64,000 bases of DNA from Amoebidium appalachense (taxonomy: Eukaryota; Protista; Ichthyosporea): NCBI GenBank assembly GCA_963693365.1, contig CAVNZM010000007.1:8801962-8865961 (forward strand), in the 5' to 3' direction. Positions 1-16,128 of this stretch are shown here, piece by piece; position 1 is the first letter of the stretch; each line of letters begins with the position of its first letter. The translations under genes and the position numbers were made by a program. The notes beneath the pieces are model-generated. The model was not told the origin of the DNA. It ran no database searches and worked only from the letters and a program-made list of their open reading frames with translations.

Positions 1-684
1 AATTTGTTGTGTGTAACGGAGAAATGTGGCTGGTCAGTGTTGAATGTGGGGGGTCGAGAGAACGTGTGGGTGTGACGGGAAGTTTCGAGGCTGCAGATAT
101 AAATCGCCCCCTGCCCCCTCCCTCCCCCCTTCTCTGACCCAGAGGCTCAATTAGACACCACCACCGTTGGGCTCACACTCACACAAATACTTGCACTCTT
201 GCACACACACAGACATCCACACACATGCAAACACATGCAAACAGAAGAAGAGAAAAGTACGACACCGATGCATGTGGATACATACATACACACACACATA
301 CACGCACGCGTACAAGCACACACACACACACACACACACGCACACACACACAGATGCACCTCACATTTCAGCCATCATACTGTATAACCGTGCACTGAAA
401 ACTGTTGATGAAGTTGCATCCTCTCTTCTCCCCTTTCCCCCCCCCCCCCCCCCCCCCCCTCTCCCCCCCCACCGCCGTACCCTTGCGTGCCTTTTTTCTC
501 CAGTGGTGTGTGTGTGTGTATGTGTGTGTGTGTGTGAACTTGTGTGGCGGAAGGGGGGGGGGGGGGGGGGGGGGGGGGGCTGGAGATGGCCTTAACAACA
601 ACAAAAACCCGCAGATGGTTACAACCACACATGCACATACACAACACAATCACTCTCGTTTTCCCTTACCCCGATTCCCACCAG

Positions 685-845
685 TGATGATGGAGTCTTT
701 CTTGCTCTCTGGTGTCAGCAAGTTGGTGGCCTGTGTGTCTGCATACCCCCATGAGGTACGAAAACCCCCCTTCCCCTCCCCCCCCCCCCCCCCCAAACAC
801 ACATTCGCACGCACGCGGGTACGCACACACACAGACAAACACATG

Positions 846-898
<53 letters not shown>

Positions 899-1915
899 TA
901 CACACACACATACACATACACGTGCACACACAGACACGCAAACACACAGACTCACACACACACTACACACACACATACACACACTCACACTCACACACAC
1001 ACTCACACTCACACATGGTTTAAGTGTGTATGTGTTCTATCCTAGAGTGCACACTGGCGTATTTGAGGGGTTTTCCCAAAAAGGACAAAGACCTTATTCT
1101 TCCTGCTACCTTGATACTTCGAGAAATGCTGGTGTGTAAGAGTGGGTCTCTAAAAGACGCTTTTGATTTTGTGCCACAGATATCCCTAATAGGCCAGGCA
1201 GCAAGGACACACACACACACACACATTTTGTTTTTTCTTTTTCTCTTATCCTGTTTTGTTCGCGGATGGACCCCCCAGGGGGGCTCTCATAAGAACTACC
1301 GTCTTCCACACAGCAGCGACTGTACCCTATTTAGGGTGCTAAAGGTGCAATTAGCCACACACACACACACACACTCACTCACACACACACACACACACAC
1401 AAACACACATTCATTTCGTGTTCTATCACATCCTGACACTAAAACCTGTGCCCTAGGTTGTCCGAACACGTATGCGTGAGCCTGTTGTTGATGGGGTGGT
1501 GAGGTATGAGCGGTTCATTTCAAGTCTGCGCTACATTCTGAAGAATGAGGGCATACGTGGCTGGTACAGTGGTATGCATACCCCCCCCCCCCCCCCCCCC
1601 CCCCCGCCCTCCCTCCCTCCCACAAAAAAAAAAAAAAAAAAAAAAAAAAGAACCCAAACCCCAAATCCCCTACCCCCACATACCCACCCACTGAAATGCA
1701 TATACACACCCACCCACACAAACACACAAGAATAAGGGGAGGGGGAGGGGGGGAAAGAAAAGAAATCAAGAGGATGATTTTTGTTACAAGTACCAACACG
1801 AGCATCCAGCTCAGTTTGTGCACCCCTCTTGAATCAGCCATGCCTTGTGAGTTATGCAGTTATGCTTGCCGCAGCTTGTTTCGAACCTAATGTGGTGGTG
1901 TGCTGTGAAAATTGC

Positions 1916-1959
<44 letters not shown>

Positions 1960-2199
1960 TGTGCTCTGCTTTTTATGCATACTCTGTGTGGTTTGCACTC
2001 TGAATTGTGTTGTCCGTCATGAATGGTGTACTCAATACTCTTATAATGCATCTTAACCCCCCCCCCCCCCCCCTACACCCCCCCTACAGGCATCTCTGCC
2101 CATCTTGCACGTGTGATTCCCAACACTGCCGTCATGTTTATGTGCTATGAACTGTCGGTACGCATGTGGGCCCACCATGGACATGCCAGCCAATTGTGA
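685..2199 (+). CDS. Mitochondrial carrier family (SLC25) protein, SLC25A33/36/Rim2-like; 3' exons 685-755, 1457-1571, 2090-2199 (upstream exons unresolved)
   Basis: GT-AG splicing joins in frame to [23 protein letters not shown]|VVRTRMREP...EGIRGWYSG|[20 protein letters not shown]...QL*. Carrier signature PxExxRxR and EGxxGxYxG are present. Confidence 0.85.
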
Positions 2200-2232
2200 G
2201 GTTACACAGTGAATGTACCAATCCACTATTAG

Positions 2233-2275
<43 letters not shown>

Positions 2276-3242
2276 TATATATTGTCTTATGAAAGTGCGT
2301 TTTTTCCCTTAACGTGTGGCTATTCTGTGCATAGCTAACGCATTTTTATAAAGAAGTTGATTGTGTGTAGGTGACACTGTTCTCTTGTTGAAGGTGATTC
2401 AGAAGGTTGCTGTGTATTTTTGCCCTCCGTATGCAGATTCTGAATGGGAGCTATGTTTGTGCTCATCGAAAAACTGAAGAATGCACGAATGTCTGGCGTA
2501 GAATTTGCATGTCGGAGACCTAGAGAAGGTTTTGGATGTTTTGGTTCATTTTCTCTTTACCTTGCATATTGCCGACACACTCACGGGCGCGCAAGTGTAG
2601 GCATGTGCACCCACATAGACACAAACACACACACACACACACACACACATGCACAGGCGAGAAACACACACACACACACACACCATGAACACACCATGAA
2701 CACACATACAGACGTACAAAGCCCCATGTGTAGTTCCTACATCGACACAACCTCTGATATCTATCAGTGTTACTGTATTCTAAGCCAATATGATGTATGA
2801 TATGTGTTGAGTGGTGGTCTAGTATCATACCGGAGTGTAGGCGTCTATGTGTCCTTGCTCCCGATTTATTTTCTGTTAGCTTAGCATCCGTGTCCCTGTT
2901 GTACAGGTTGACATGGGGAGTGGATGAATGGAGGCGATTTTTCAGGCACGGCCACCAAATTGAATAAATATCACCGGCGTCGTTTCATTAGAAAAGTTCA
3001 ATACCATGTTGCCACTGAAATATATTTCAAGTAAATGCACACATTCTAAACTCAGTTGCCATTGAAATCGAGACGGTTCACGGGTACTCGATCAGAAGCC
3101 CCCCCCCCAAAAAGACGGCCTGGATAGATTACGTCATAAAATCGCATTCCATTGTGCTCGTGGTATTTCGATCCACTGGATATGTTGTTGTTTTTCGTTT
3201 ACGTCTCGCTTTTTTTGGTTCAGTGACGGAGACATCGGTAAC

Positions 3243-4016
3243 ATGGCTGACGGCGGGACTGTCCCTATGGAGGGAGCTGCTCCTCCCGCGCCTGGAATGG
3301 ATAAGAAGAGGAGTAACGGTCTGCGTAGGAACAAAGTCGGTAACATATGCAGTGTTCCAGGCTGCAGAGGCAACTACGACGACCAAAACAAGGTTTTCGT
3401 TTACAAATTCCCCAACCCAAACGACGGGCGCATTAAAAGCGAGACACTACGCGAGGAAACACGGAACCTTCACAGTGCGTAGCTACGTGCTGTGCCGAGG
3501 CAGTGGCCTGAGAACTTCGACCCGCAGTGGGTTCATTTTTGTGTGGGAGATCAACGGTCAAAAAATCGATCTCTCATTCGAGGGGGGGAGTCTATCTACG
3601 AGTCTGAACGCGGGCAGGCACTCAAGGAGGCCTTCAAACTCACACCCGCCGTTCTCTGGCCCAACAACTTCGACAAGCAGAAGGTGGGGCCAGCTTTGGC
3701 TGTGTTCCACGAGTCCACCATTGCTGCGCTCGACAACCACGTGGTCGATGAACCCCCATTTAGGTTCACCCCAAACTTCCTAAAACAAATCGCACGGTGG
3801 TGGAAGCTTATGAACGTCGGTATCACCACGTATGCGGCGCGCAAAATGAACCCATGGTGTGCTGCATTCACCAGCAGCAGTGACCAGCGGCTGATTTGGC
3901 TGGAGAAATTCACTGAGTGGGTGGTGAGCATGCCCACTGGAGAGCATGCCCACTGGCGAGGGGGGTTTTACGGAGGAAACGCAGTGGTCGCTGGCGTTTA
4001 CGAGCAAGACAATGGT

Positions 4017-4052
<36 letters not shown>

Positions 4053-4655
4053 AGTCCCCTCCAATGTCCTCATGCCGCTCCCCCTCACACCCCCCCCCCC
4101 CCCCCAAAAAAAAAAAAAGGCAGAAAGGAGGATGAAAAACACACTGAAATTCCAAAATCCCCTCCGGTGTGCCCTCTTCCCAGCCCTCGTGCACTAAACA
4201 ACACAGCCTCCCCCCCCCCCCCCCCTCCCCCCCCATTCCTCTCTCCACCATGGTCGCGCCATAGCACCACCACATCCCCCTTCGTACACGAAACAACAGA
4301 ATAAACCGAAAATTTCAATCTTGAAACCCCCTCCATACCCCCCCCCCCCCCCCCCCCCCCAAACACGTGAGACTTATTCATTTCTATTGCGTTGAGAAAT
4401 AAGCAGCCCCCCCCACCCCCCCACCCCCTTCTTCCCCCTCTCCTTGACTGGATAGATAAACATCCCCCTCACCCCCTCCCCCCCCCCCCCAACACACGAT
4501 GTCACACGAGGAGTCGACCGGCATAAAGTGTGTGTCACTGTTGTGTGTGTGTGTGTGTGTGTGTGTGTGTCTGTGTGTGACACTGTGTGTGTGTGTGTGT
4601 GTGTGACACGTGTGTGTGTGTGCGCGCGCGCATCGGTGTGTTTGTGTGCGTGTCT

Positions 4656-4694
<39 letters not shown>

Positions 4695-5467
4695 TGTGTC
4701 GGGATGGGTGGGTGGGGAGGGGGGGGGGGGGGGGGGGCTTTTCCATATGGTTTTTCACATGCCAAGCGTAGTCAAATGTGGTGCCACACAGATTTTGCTG
4801 ACTTTTTATTTGCAGGCCAGTTTCATCCGCATCTCCTGGACAGCGGCGTGAGCGGCGAGAAGCTCAACTTTGTACTCACCAGAAAGTTTCAAACCGACCC
4901 CCCTTCTTTTGGCACAATCCGACAGTACAGCGGTGGGAACTACAACGTTGGGACAGCACAGGTGGGTACCTCCCCTCCTGGATCCCCCCCCCCCCCCCCC
5001 CCTACCTTACTCAGCCACCCACCCACTGCCTGCCACAGTGAAACACAAGAGATACATCACACACACACGATTCATACAGCATTACAAAGAATAGAGACAG
5101 AACAGATATAGGATGATTTGGTGATTCACCTTAATTATGGGGTAGTGGTGTCATGACATGGTGGCCCAGGGGAATAAAATAATCAGGGGAGAAAAAAAGG
5201 GGGGGGGGGGGGGGGGGGGGGAGATAGCGAGAGAGGCAGGGACGGAAGAAGGGGTTGGAGGAGGAGGGGAGGGGGAGGGGGGGGTATCAGGATAAAAGGA
5301 GTGTGGTGAAAAGAAAGGGTGCAAAGAAAACCGAACGAAAAATGAATTTAGGGGGGGGGGGGGGGGTGTTGTTGAACTCAAACCACAAAAATGCACACAC
5401 GCACACGCACACACAGACACACAGACACACATACACCACACACACACACACACACACACACACCGTA

Positions 5468-5506
<39 letters not shown>

Positions 5507-6107
5507 ATACATACACAACCCCATGCAGATATACCTAAACCATGCTTGTGTACACACGAAGATATGCTATGATACACTGCTTGCGCTCCCGCACCATAGT
5601 GTGTCATAACTTTTAAAGCCACGTGCCATCTATATATACACAAATCACACAATAAACTCACCTCTATGAACAGACTCTCCAGGCCGTCAAAAGGATACGG
5701 GTGCAGAAGCTGGCAAAGCTGGCAGTGCAGACGGGCACAAGTGTAACACAGCTGTTCGACAACATGAACACGGCGCTCAACAGCAAACGCAAAACGATCA
5801 CCATCGAGACCATTCTCCCACTCTACAACAACACCATCTGGGGCCACGTCTATAAAATCAGAGAAGCAAGCAGAGCAAGCCGTCGACAAAACCAGCAAAG
5901 AAGAAAAAGGATAGCAAAACAGAGGAAAAGGGAGGCGAAGGGAGGAAGAAGGGAAAGAAAGGTGAAAACAAAACAACCACGGCGGAACCACCTACAGCCG
6001 AGTGGGAGATGGAGGGAAACGATGACGAGCTGGTGGCTGCACTGGAGGCAGCAGAGGCGGAGTACGATTGGATGGTAGAAGCGTATTTGGAGGAAGCAGA
6101 GCTTTAG
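3243..6107 (+). pseudogene. P-element (THAP9-like) transposase, decayed, intron-containing
   Basis: Truncated THAP start (CSVPGC..YKFP), then KLTPAVLWPNNFDKQKVGPALAVFHESTIAAL, RWWKLMNV and FVLTRKFQTDP..FGTIRQYSGGNY. Introns at about 4015-4816 and 4962-5673. Stop at 3480, internal deletion, and a 16-nt tandem duplication at 3926-3956 causing a frameshift. No matching TIR pair found. Confidence 0.8.
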
Positions 6108-6576
6108 CGGCTTTGTCAGTGTTTTTTAACCCTTTCTTTTCTTTTTTTGCCAGTAGGTAGAGGTGTGAGGGTTTGCCGGGGGGGGGGGGGGGCTACACAG
6201 TGTTTATTGGTTGGTGGTTAGTGTTGCAGGACATAGACGTTCTAATACTTAACATACAGGTAGTATTATGTTACCTAGTTACCTAGTGGATAGAAACACC
6301 TTTAAGAGAATATACGCAAAGATGAGTTCTAGTTTTGTAGTAGATCTTTGCTCACGGCCGTGTTTGTGTAAACGTGAACTACTCAATAGATATAACTATA
6401 CTGAGACTCAGCTACACTATTATGTACACTATGTCAAAACTTTGTGCTATAGGGCTTTAGCATATTACTCTAAGACAAAAAAACGCCCTAGAACATAGGA
6501 AGCACTTCATAAACTTTTGTCGTTTTTTTCTCTTCCGTTTTCCTTCATCTGCGCACATACATCTGTCACCTACTGA

Positions 6577-6681
6577 GGTGACTCGTATTTTTCCTTACAC
6601 ACACAGCGAACGGGACCGTAGAGCCGCCGCGAGAGAAAGCATGCACGCGGTCGCGAGAGTGTAAGGAAAAATAGAGTCACC
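6577..6681. repeat. Near-perfect inverted repeat (about 23-bp arms, 58-bp spacer)
   Basis: ggtgactcgtatttttccttacac (6577-6600) versus gtgtaaggaaaaatagagtcacc (6659-6681); one bulged base. Confidence 0.8.
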
Positions 6682-8231
6682 CAGGAAATTTTCATCATCA
6701 AGTTCTGTGATTGGTCGGAAAGCAAATCCCCTCATCTATTGGTTCCTGGTAAATCCCCCGCAAACAGGTTTGGACCCAAGAGAAATCGCGCGATTGCCTG
6801 TGTCGTAAGCCAAAGCTCGTTTATTAATAAAGAGGATCAAGGTGATCATCTTGAAAGAATAGCCTTGATTCCGACTGTGACAGCGAATCAGTGCCATTTT
6901 GCACACTAGGGATATCTTCGTGGTGTATGGAGGCTGACATAATACTAAATAAACATAGAAAAAGCAGAAAAAGAGTATGAATACACTCTAGGCTTAACTA
7001 ATTAGGGTACCTGTGCGGCAGGGATGAAAGAAAGATTATTACATAAGCAGACAATGCACGCAGTATGCTGCTACAACCTAGCTAAATGTTCTATAGACAA
7101 AATACAAAATATTGCAACGGTAGACCACGCGGATTGAAACGAGCGCAGTACATCACACAAAGTTTCAAAATTAAAACTGTGCACGAGAAGTGCCGGCGCT
7201 TGAAAGCCTTGCGACATGTACAAGACATGGGATGATAACGGTCGCGGCTGTTGACCAAGGTTTGAATTTGAGCGCAAACGGCTGACGTGATGCCCTATCT
7301 GGATTGCCTCAATATCATGCAATATTTCGGATTTTGCTTCGCTTCGTACCTATCCAACGATTGGCTTTTAAATTTTTTTAAAAGTTGCCTCAAGGTGGGG
7401 TCAAGACGCACGCGCCGAAACGCATACCCTAAACAGTGATACAACACGCTGATTGGCCGATCTGTTGTACAACGTTTTGATTGGCTGTTTCACGGTACGT
7501 GATCATAAAAGCCAACGTGCCTGGGTTTGAGGCGAACGTGAAGTTCAAAGCAGCCCAGGCACCGTCAGTACGTGCCAGCACATACATAGCTGTGAGTATC
7601 TAGTTTGTAGTGAATCATGGCGAATCCAGTGGATCGAAATACCAATCTGCTCTTTTGACCCCGATCTGCGGCCAGGCCGTCTTTTTTTCAGAGGGCCGTG
7701 TCTTATGCCCGTGCCAAGAGATCCTAAATTTACACCCAAATAATGTGACTATAGAATGGCCTTTTACTATAATGCTTTGGTAACAACTACACCAGGGCTG
7801 AAAAAATGAATTTCTATGTAGCACATCCATCTTATAGAGGGTTGTTCGCCTTCACTGTGGCTGCACAGTTTTTCTCCGGCTCCTCAACATGCACACAGCA
7901 CTCTGAACAGATATCTTTCACTTTTTGCAGCACACATCCTTTCAGAGAATTAGCGGCTACTTAGTGACTTTCTCAGGGTCGGCGGCTACATAGTACTTAC
8001 ATGTTGTGTCTTGCATTTTGTTCCATGCATAGTCACTTTGAGTGCTCTTTCCCTGCAGCTTCTCTGGCATGTACGTACTCCATATGTGGGACACTCCTCT
8101 AAGTAATGCACTTTCTTTTTGCTGTGCGTGTGTCCGTGTGCATTGAAATCATGGTTGTATAATTTTTCCGTGTGTAGGCGCTTTAGTCAATATAGCCTTG
8201 TATACTTCAGTTAACCATCCACACCAGTCAC

Positions 8232-10744
<2,513 letters not shown>

Positions 10745-10898
10745 GAGGGCTGAAGACCATTGCCTAGGCATGGGTATGCACCTCAACCTCCCCCCCCCCC
10801 CCCCCCCCTCACCCCCTCCCCCCTCTCCGGAGCACACACACACACACGCACACACACACAAACACACACACACACGTGCGCACACACACGAACACACG

Positions 10899-10935
<37 letters not shown>

Positions 10936-11686
10936 ACACGCAAACACACACACAAACACATGCACACACACGCACACACACTTCCTTATGTAGAAAACCC
11001 CCTTTCCCTACCCTCTTCCTTCCCTTCCTCACCTGCTCTGCCCTCCCCCCCTCCCCCTACCCCCCCTCCCCCATCTCCTCTCCCTTCCCCTCTGTCCCTT
11101 CTGCCCCTTCCCCCTCCCCCCTTCCCCTCCCCTCTCCCCTTCCCCCCGCCTTTTCCCCTTCCTTTTATTTTTCCAAGCTGAACACTTGAGTAGGAAGCGG
11201 AAATTTAATCTCTGCTCATTGGGTCGTTTGCACTTCACATCTCATACACAAGGGGCAAGAATGGGGAGGCTGGTTCTGGGAGAGCGGGCTGTATTTTTCT
11301 TTAAGAGTCGTGTAACTCTAAACCCATAAAAAAGCGGGAGAATTTTCAATTTGATAGTTATATCAAAATCCCAACTATAAACGCTTATTGCTTCCGCTCA
11401 ATCTCACGACTTTGACCCTCTACTGTGGCGATACGTATGAGCTCAAGTTTTCTGCTGCAGGTTTATAAGTATCTGTGTGCCTGATAACACTGTCATGTGC
11501 ACGTGCATGCAAGCTCGCACCCACATTAGCCAAGCACACATACGACATCCACACCTCTCCCCCCCCCCCCGCCCTCCCCCCCCCCCAACACACACACACA
11601 CACACACACACACCTCCCTTACCCATCTAGCCATGGCTGGAGACGATGCCATACCAACGTGATATATGCGCGCGCACACACACACA

Positions 11687-11726
<40 letters not shown>

Positions 11727-11727
11727 C

Positions 11728-11796
<69 letters not shown>

Positions 11797-11958
11797 GCTC
11801 TAAACCTGCGCACTCACCCATCACCCACCCTCCCCCAACCCACCAGACGGACACAGCCACCACGACCACGTGTGCATGGGGTATCGATAGCTCTGCGGCC
11901 ATAAATTTGGGTGTGTGACGGGGTGAGAGATCGCTGTGGGAGGATTATCTACAGGGTG

Positions 11959-12110
11959 AAGGGTGTGGGGTTGGGAGTTTAAGGGTGTGGGGTTGGGAGT
12001 TTAAGGGTGTGGGGTTAGGAGTTTAAGGGTGTGGGTTAGGAGCTTAAGGGTGTGGGTTAGGAGTTTAAGGTTGTGGGGTTATGGGCATCGACGAGGTTAA
12101 GGGCGTGGGA
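11959..12110 (+). repeat. About 22-bp G-rich minisatellite (ttaagggtgtggggttRggagt), about 6 copies
   Basis: Directly visible tandem units that decay rightwards. Confidence 0.85.
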
Positions 12111-12396
12111 TTATCGCAGCCGAGTGTTCTTGGATAGGTGGATGTATTAAGAAACACGGGATATACTCGAAGTTTTCAGACTATGCTACTTGGAATTTTC
12201 ATGTATTTGTCCTTGTCACGGAATTTGCATATCACTTTTGTTATCTCGGATTTTTGTTAGCATGTCTCTAACTCGGGATTTGGATGTCGCTTTCCTAATC
12301 TAGGTGTTTTTATACCATGGTCCGCATGGCAGTACTTACTTGGCACGTTCCTTGTTTCCATCCCCATTTTGTCCTTTGTTTCTCGCACTGTTTTTG

Positions 12397-12506
<110 letters not shown>

Positions 12507-13454
12507 TCCACCCACGCACGCACACACACATGCACACACACACACGCGCGCGCGCGCACGCGCGACAAACTTTGAATTCTATTGAACACACATAATTTGA
12601 AATCAATCGTTGATTGAAAGAACTTTATTGTGTGTGTTGTTGATGGAGTTGTATCGTCTGTGTTGGCGACAGAATATGGCATGTGCGGTTTGGTTGGAAG
12701 TTTGTTATCCATGGTGGTGACTATTTGAACTGTTGCGTGTGTGGTGATGGAAATCTCATCATGTGTACATAAAAGTGTTCGTGATTGAGCTATTGATCAC
12801 GTGATACATGGAGTACATTTGGATGAATATGAAGGTGGCCGGACTTCACTAGGAAGTCGGTCGAGCACGAAAGCGGCCTTTGATTGTTTTTGATGCGCAT
12901 CCCCCCCCCCCCCCCACCACCACCACCACCACCACCACCACGACAAAAAAGAGGTGGGGTTGGGGGGGGGGAAGGGGGGGGCACACCTATGAAATAGGTG
13001 ATTGATATTGTCCGCCCCCGCCCTCCCCCCCACCCCCCCCCCCCTTCCCCACCACCACCACCACCACAAAAAAAAAAAAAAAAAAAAAAGAAAGGATGGG
13101 GAGGGGGGGGGAGGGAGGGAAGAAGCACACCTACGAACTTTGGGACTGAAATTGAAAACTATTCTGAATCAAGAAAGTTCCCCTTTCACCACGACAGGTT
13201 AAAATCGCAGGCTACTTTCCGTTAACAGATCCACAGGGCCCATTGACCCGGTCCACTGTAACGTGGCTGTACGGAAGGAAGTTGACGAGAGTGAAAATTC
13301 AACACAGACCAAACAAGACCCCCCCCCCCCCCCCCCATGCCCGCCCGCGGCTATCCCACAGACAAAATAGACCCGGAAGTACACACAGGCTTCTACACAT
13401 CTGCCCACGCACCACTTAGTGTGTAAAAAAAGGCAGAAATACTAACCCAAAAAT

Positions 13455-13492
<38 letters not shown>

Positions 13493-13817
13493 ACCACTAC
13501 GATATTCCAAGTACGAATCAGTGTTGGTAACATTGTGACCTCGCAAATTAGCCCGGCCAATGGGCACAGTACGCGCGCAAAGACTCATTACAGAGTACCC
13601 GGCCATGCCACTTATTAGTGCGCATAAACAAAACAACACATGGGACTAAGTACCCGGAAGAGTCACGCAACTACACACAACCCCGCACACTCAATAACCC
13701 CCCCTTCCCCCCCCCCCCCCCCCTCCCTCCCCACCACCCCCCCCACCCCACGAAATTCCACACAACTGTAACATGCGAGACACTATGCGCGTGCGCGCGC
13801 ACACACACACACACACA

Positions 13818-13866
<49 letters not shown>

Positions 13867-14287
13867 TGCGCACATGCACATACATGTACACACACATGTG
13901 CAAATCCACACATGTAACTCACGCTCACACTCAGTCTGAGCACAGTACAATTCTTAGCAACAAATACTATTTTGAGCACAAGAGGACAGGCGTGAAAACA
14001 CACCCTCGCCCTTTAGTACCCAGCCGACCTAGGAACCACCCGGCTGTCTCGTGCCTTATATAGCTCACAGGGCCAAGGCAACACAACAAAGGCCCTGTTT
14101 GATGTGTACTGTAGGGGCGTTTCCCTCCTCTAAACCCAGGGAATAGTGCGACTCGCTGCAAAACTGCACTCGCCCCTTGCTAAATGATGTTTATTTGCTG
14201 ATCACGAAACCCATGCACTAGCACGTACATGCCAGATTAGGCAACACACATCTTCTCTCCCGTGCGCTTCAGGGACAAAGCCTTTTC

Positions 14288-14359
<72 letters not shown>

Positions 14360-14389
14360 GGGGAGGGGGGGGAGGGGGGGGGGGGGGGG

Positions 14390-14604
14390 ATGTACTACAT
14401 GGCGAGTTTTAGGCTGACGGCAGTGATCAGGCCGAACCCACGCCTGACTCGAACGACTACGATTGATCCATATTCCTGCCAGATCTTATTTCTGATTGGT
14501 GGAGCCCGTTTATATAGAAGCAGCCTTGTGCATCCGAGAGGTCAGATTGACACATGCATACTCGAGTGAATGTGATCGATTCCCTTTACGGTGTTGCAAT
14601 GTCT

Positions 14605-14654
<50 letters not shown>

Positions 14655-14905
14655 AAAATGAGGGGGGGGGGGGGGGGGGGGGGAGGGGGGATGTACTACA
14701 TGGCGAGTTTTAGGCTGACGGCAGTGATCAGGCCGAACCCACGCCTGACTCGAACGACTATGATTGGTGCATATTCCTGCCAGATCTTATTTCTGATTGG
14801 TGGAGCCCGCTTATATAGAAGCAGCCTTGTGCATTCGAGAGGTCAGATTGAAACATGCATACTCGAGTGAATGTGATCGATTCCCTTTACGGTGTTGCAT
14901 TGTCT

Positions 14906-14907
<2 letters not shown>
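14390..14907 (+). repeat. Two tandem 217-bp units (14390-14606, 14691-14907), each preceded by poly-G and followed by poly-C/poly-A
   Basis: About 7 substitutions between copies. Each contains attgg (CCAAT reverse) and tatatagaag, with tgt...gca near the ends. Confidence 0.85.
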
Positions 14908-14958
<51 letters not shown>

Positions 14959-15047
14959 AAAAAAAAAAAAAAAAGGGAAACCCTCGAAGAGGCACCGGGG
15001 GGGGGGGGAGGGGGGGAGGGGGGGGGGGGGGGAGGGTCTCTCTTTGT

Positions 15048-15116
<69 letters not shown>

Positions 15117-16064
15117 ACTCGCTCACTCTCTAGCACACACTCTTTCTCCCTCTCTCTCTCCCTCTCCCCTCGTCCCCCCCCCCCCCCCCCCCCCCCCCCC
15201 CGGCCTGCTTCCCACCCCTCTCTCGAGGTCTTCCCTCTCTCTAGTAGATCCGTGCCGCACCGTTACACAAATGTGCCCCCCCCCCCCCCCCCCTCCCCCT
15301 CCTCCCCTGGGTTCTGTCTTTCTCTCTCCTCTCTCTCAACCTAGATCAGTGCACACCTTTGAAATGGACACTGTTATTGATTCACCATCAATCTAAGTTC
15401 GTTGCATATGTTTTTGTTTAATCATGCACACCTGTTTTTATAAACTTCACTGTTATCTCGAGCTCAGATCATCCAATTTTGTCACATATATAGAACTATA
15501 CATTGTCGCAATCACATCATAGTATGACTTCATTTTGTCAGTGTACGCTTCTAACTCCCACATACACCATCTGCGACATACTCTCCTGTATTTAAGGATG
15601 GAAGGCACACATACCACACGGATCCAATCGGCCAATCACTACTTCAGAATAGATGTGTTTGAACCCTCTTTCTTCTGTAACAACTCATTATGTGTACATG
15701 ATGTAATGTCCAAATAGCTTTGCAGCACTGCGTTATTTACACATTCAATCCAACCATTATTTTATCCCGACCATCTACCGGTACTATGTACACCGTAAGA
15801 GTACATAGCTAACAATTGTATCTCCGTAACCAGAATGTTTAATCATCTCTATTGCACATCCCCGCCCTACATTAGCTACCCATATACAAACCACCAGCCT
15901 TATGTACATAGTAAACTCGAGATGCTCACACCACTCCAAATATCCCAACGCCAGTACAAAGCTCCGCCCAACATATCCTTCCAACACCACTACAACTATC
16001 CTGCCCCACATGCCACCAGTCCACCATACACATGTAAATTACTCTTCATTCATTAGAACCCCCC

Positions 16065-16095
<31 letters not shown>

Positions 16096-16128
16096 AAAAA
16101 AAAAAAAGAGAGAAACAGCACACTACCA

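Noticed and set aside
2912-2940. catggggagtggatgaatggaggcg as left TIR of the first P element
   Set aside because: Plausible position and CA start, but no reverse-complement partner or TSD was found downstream.
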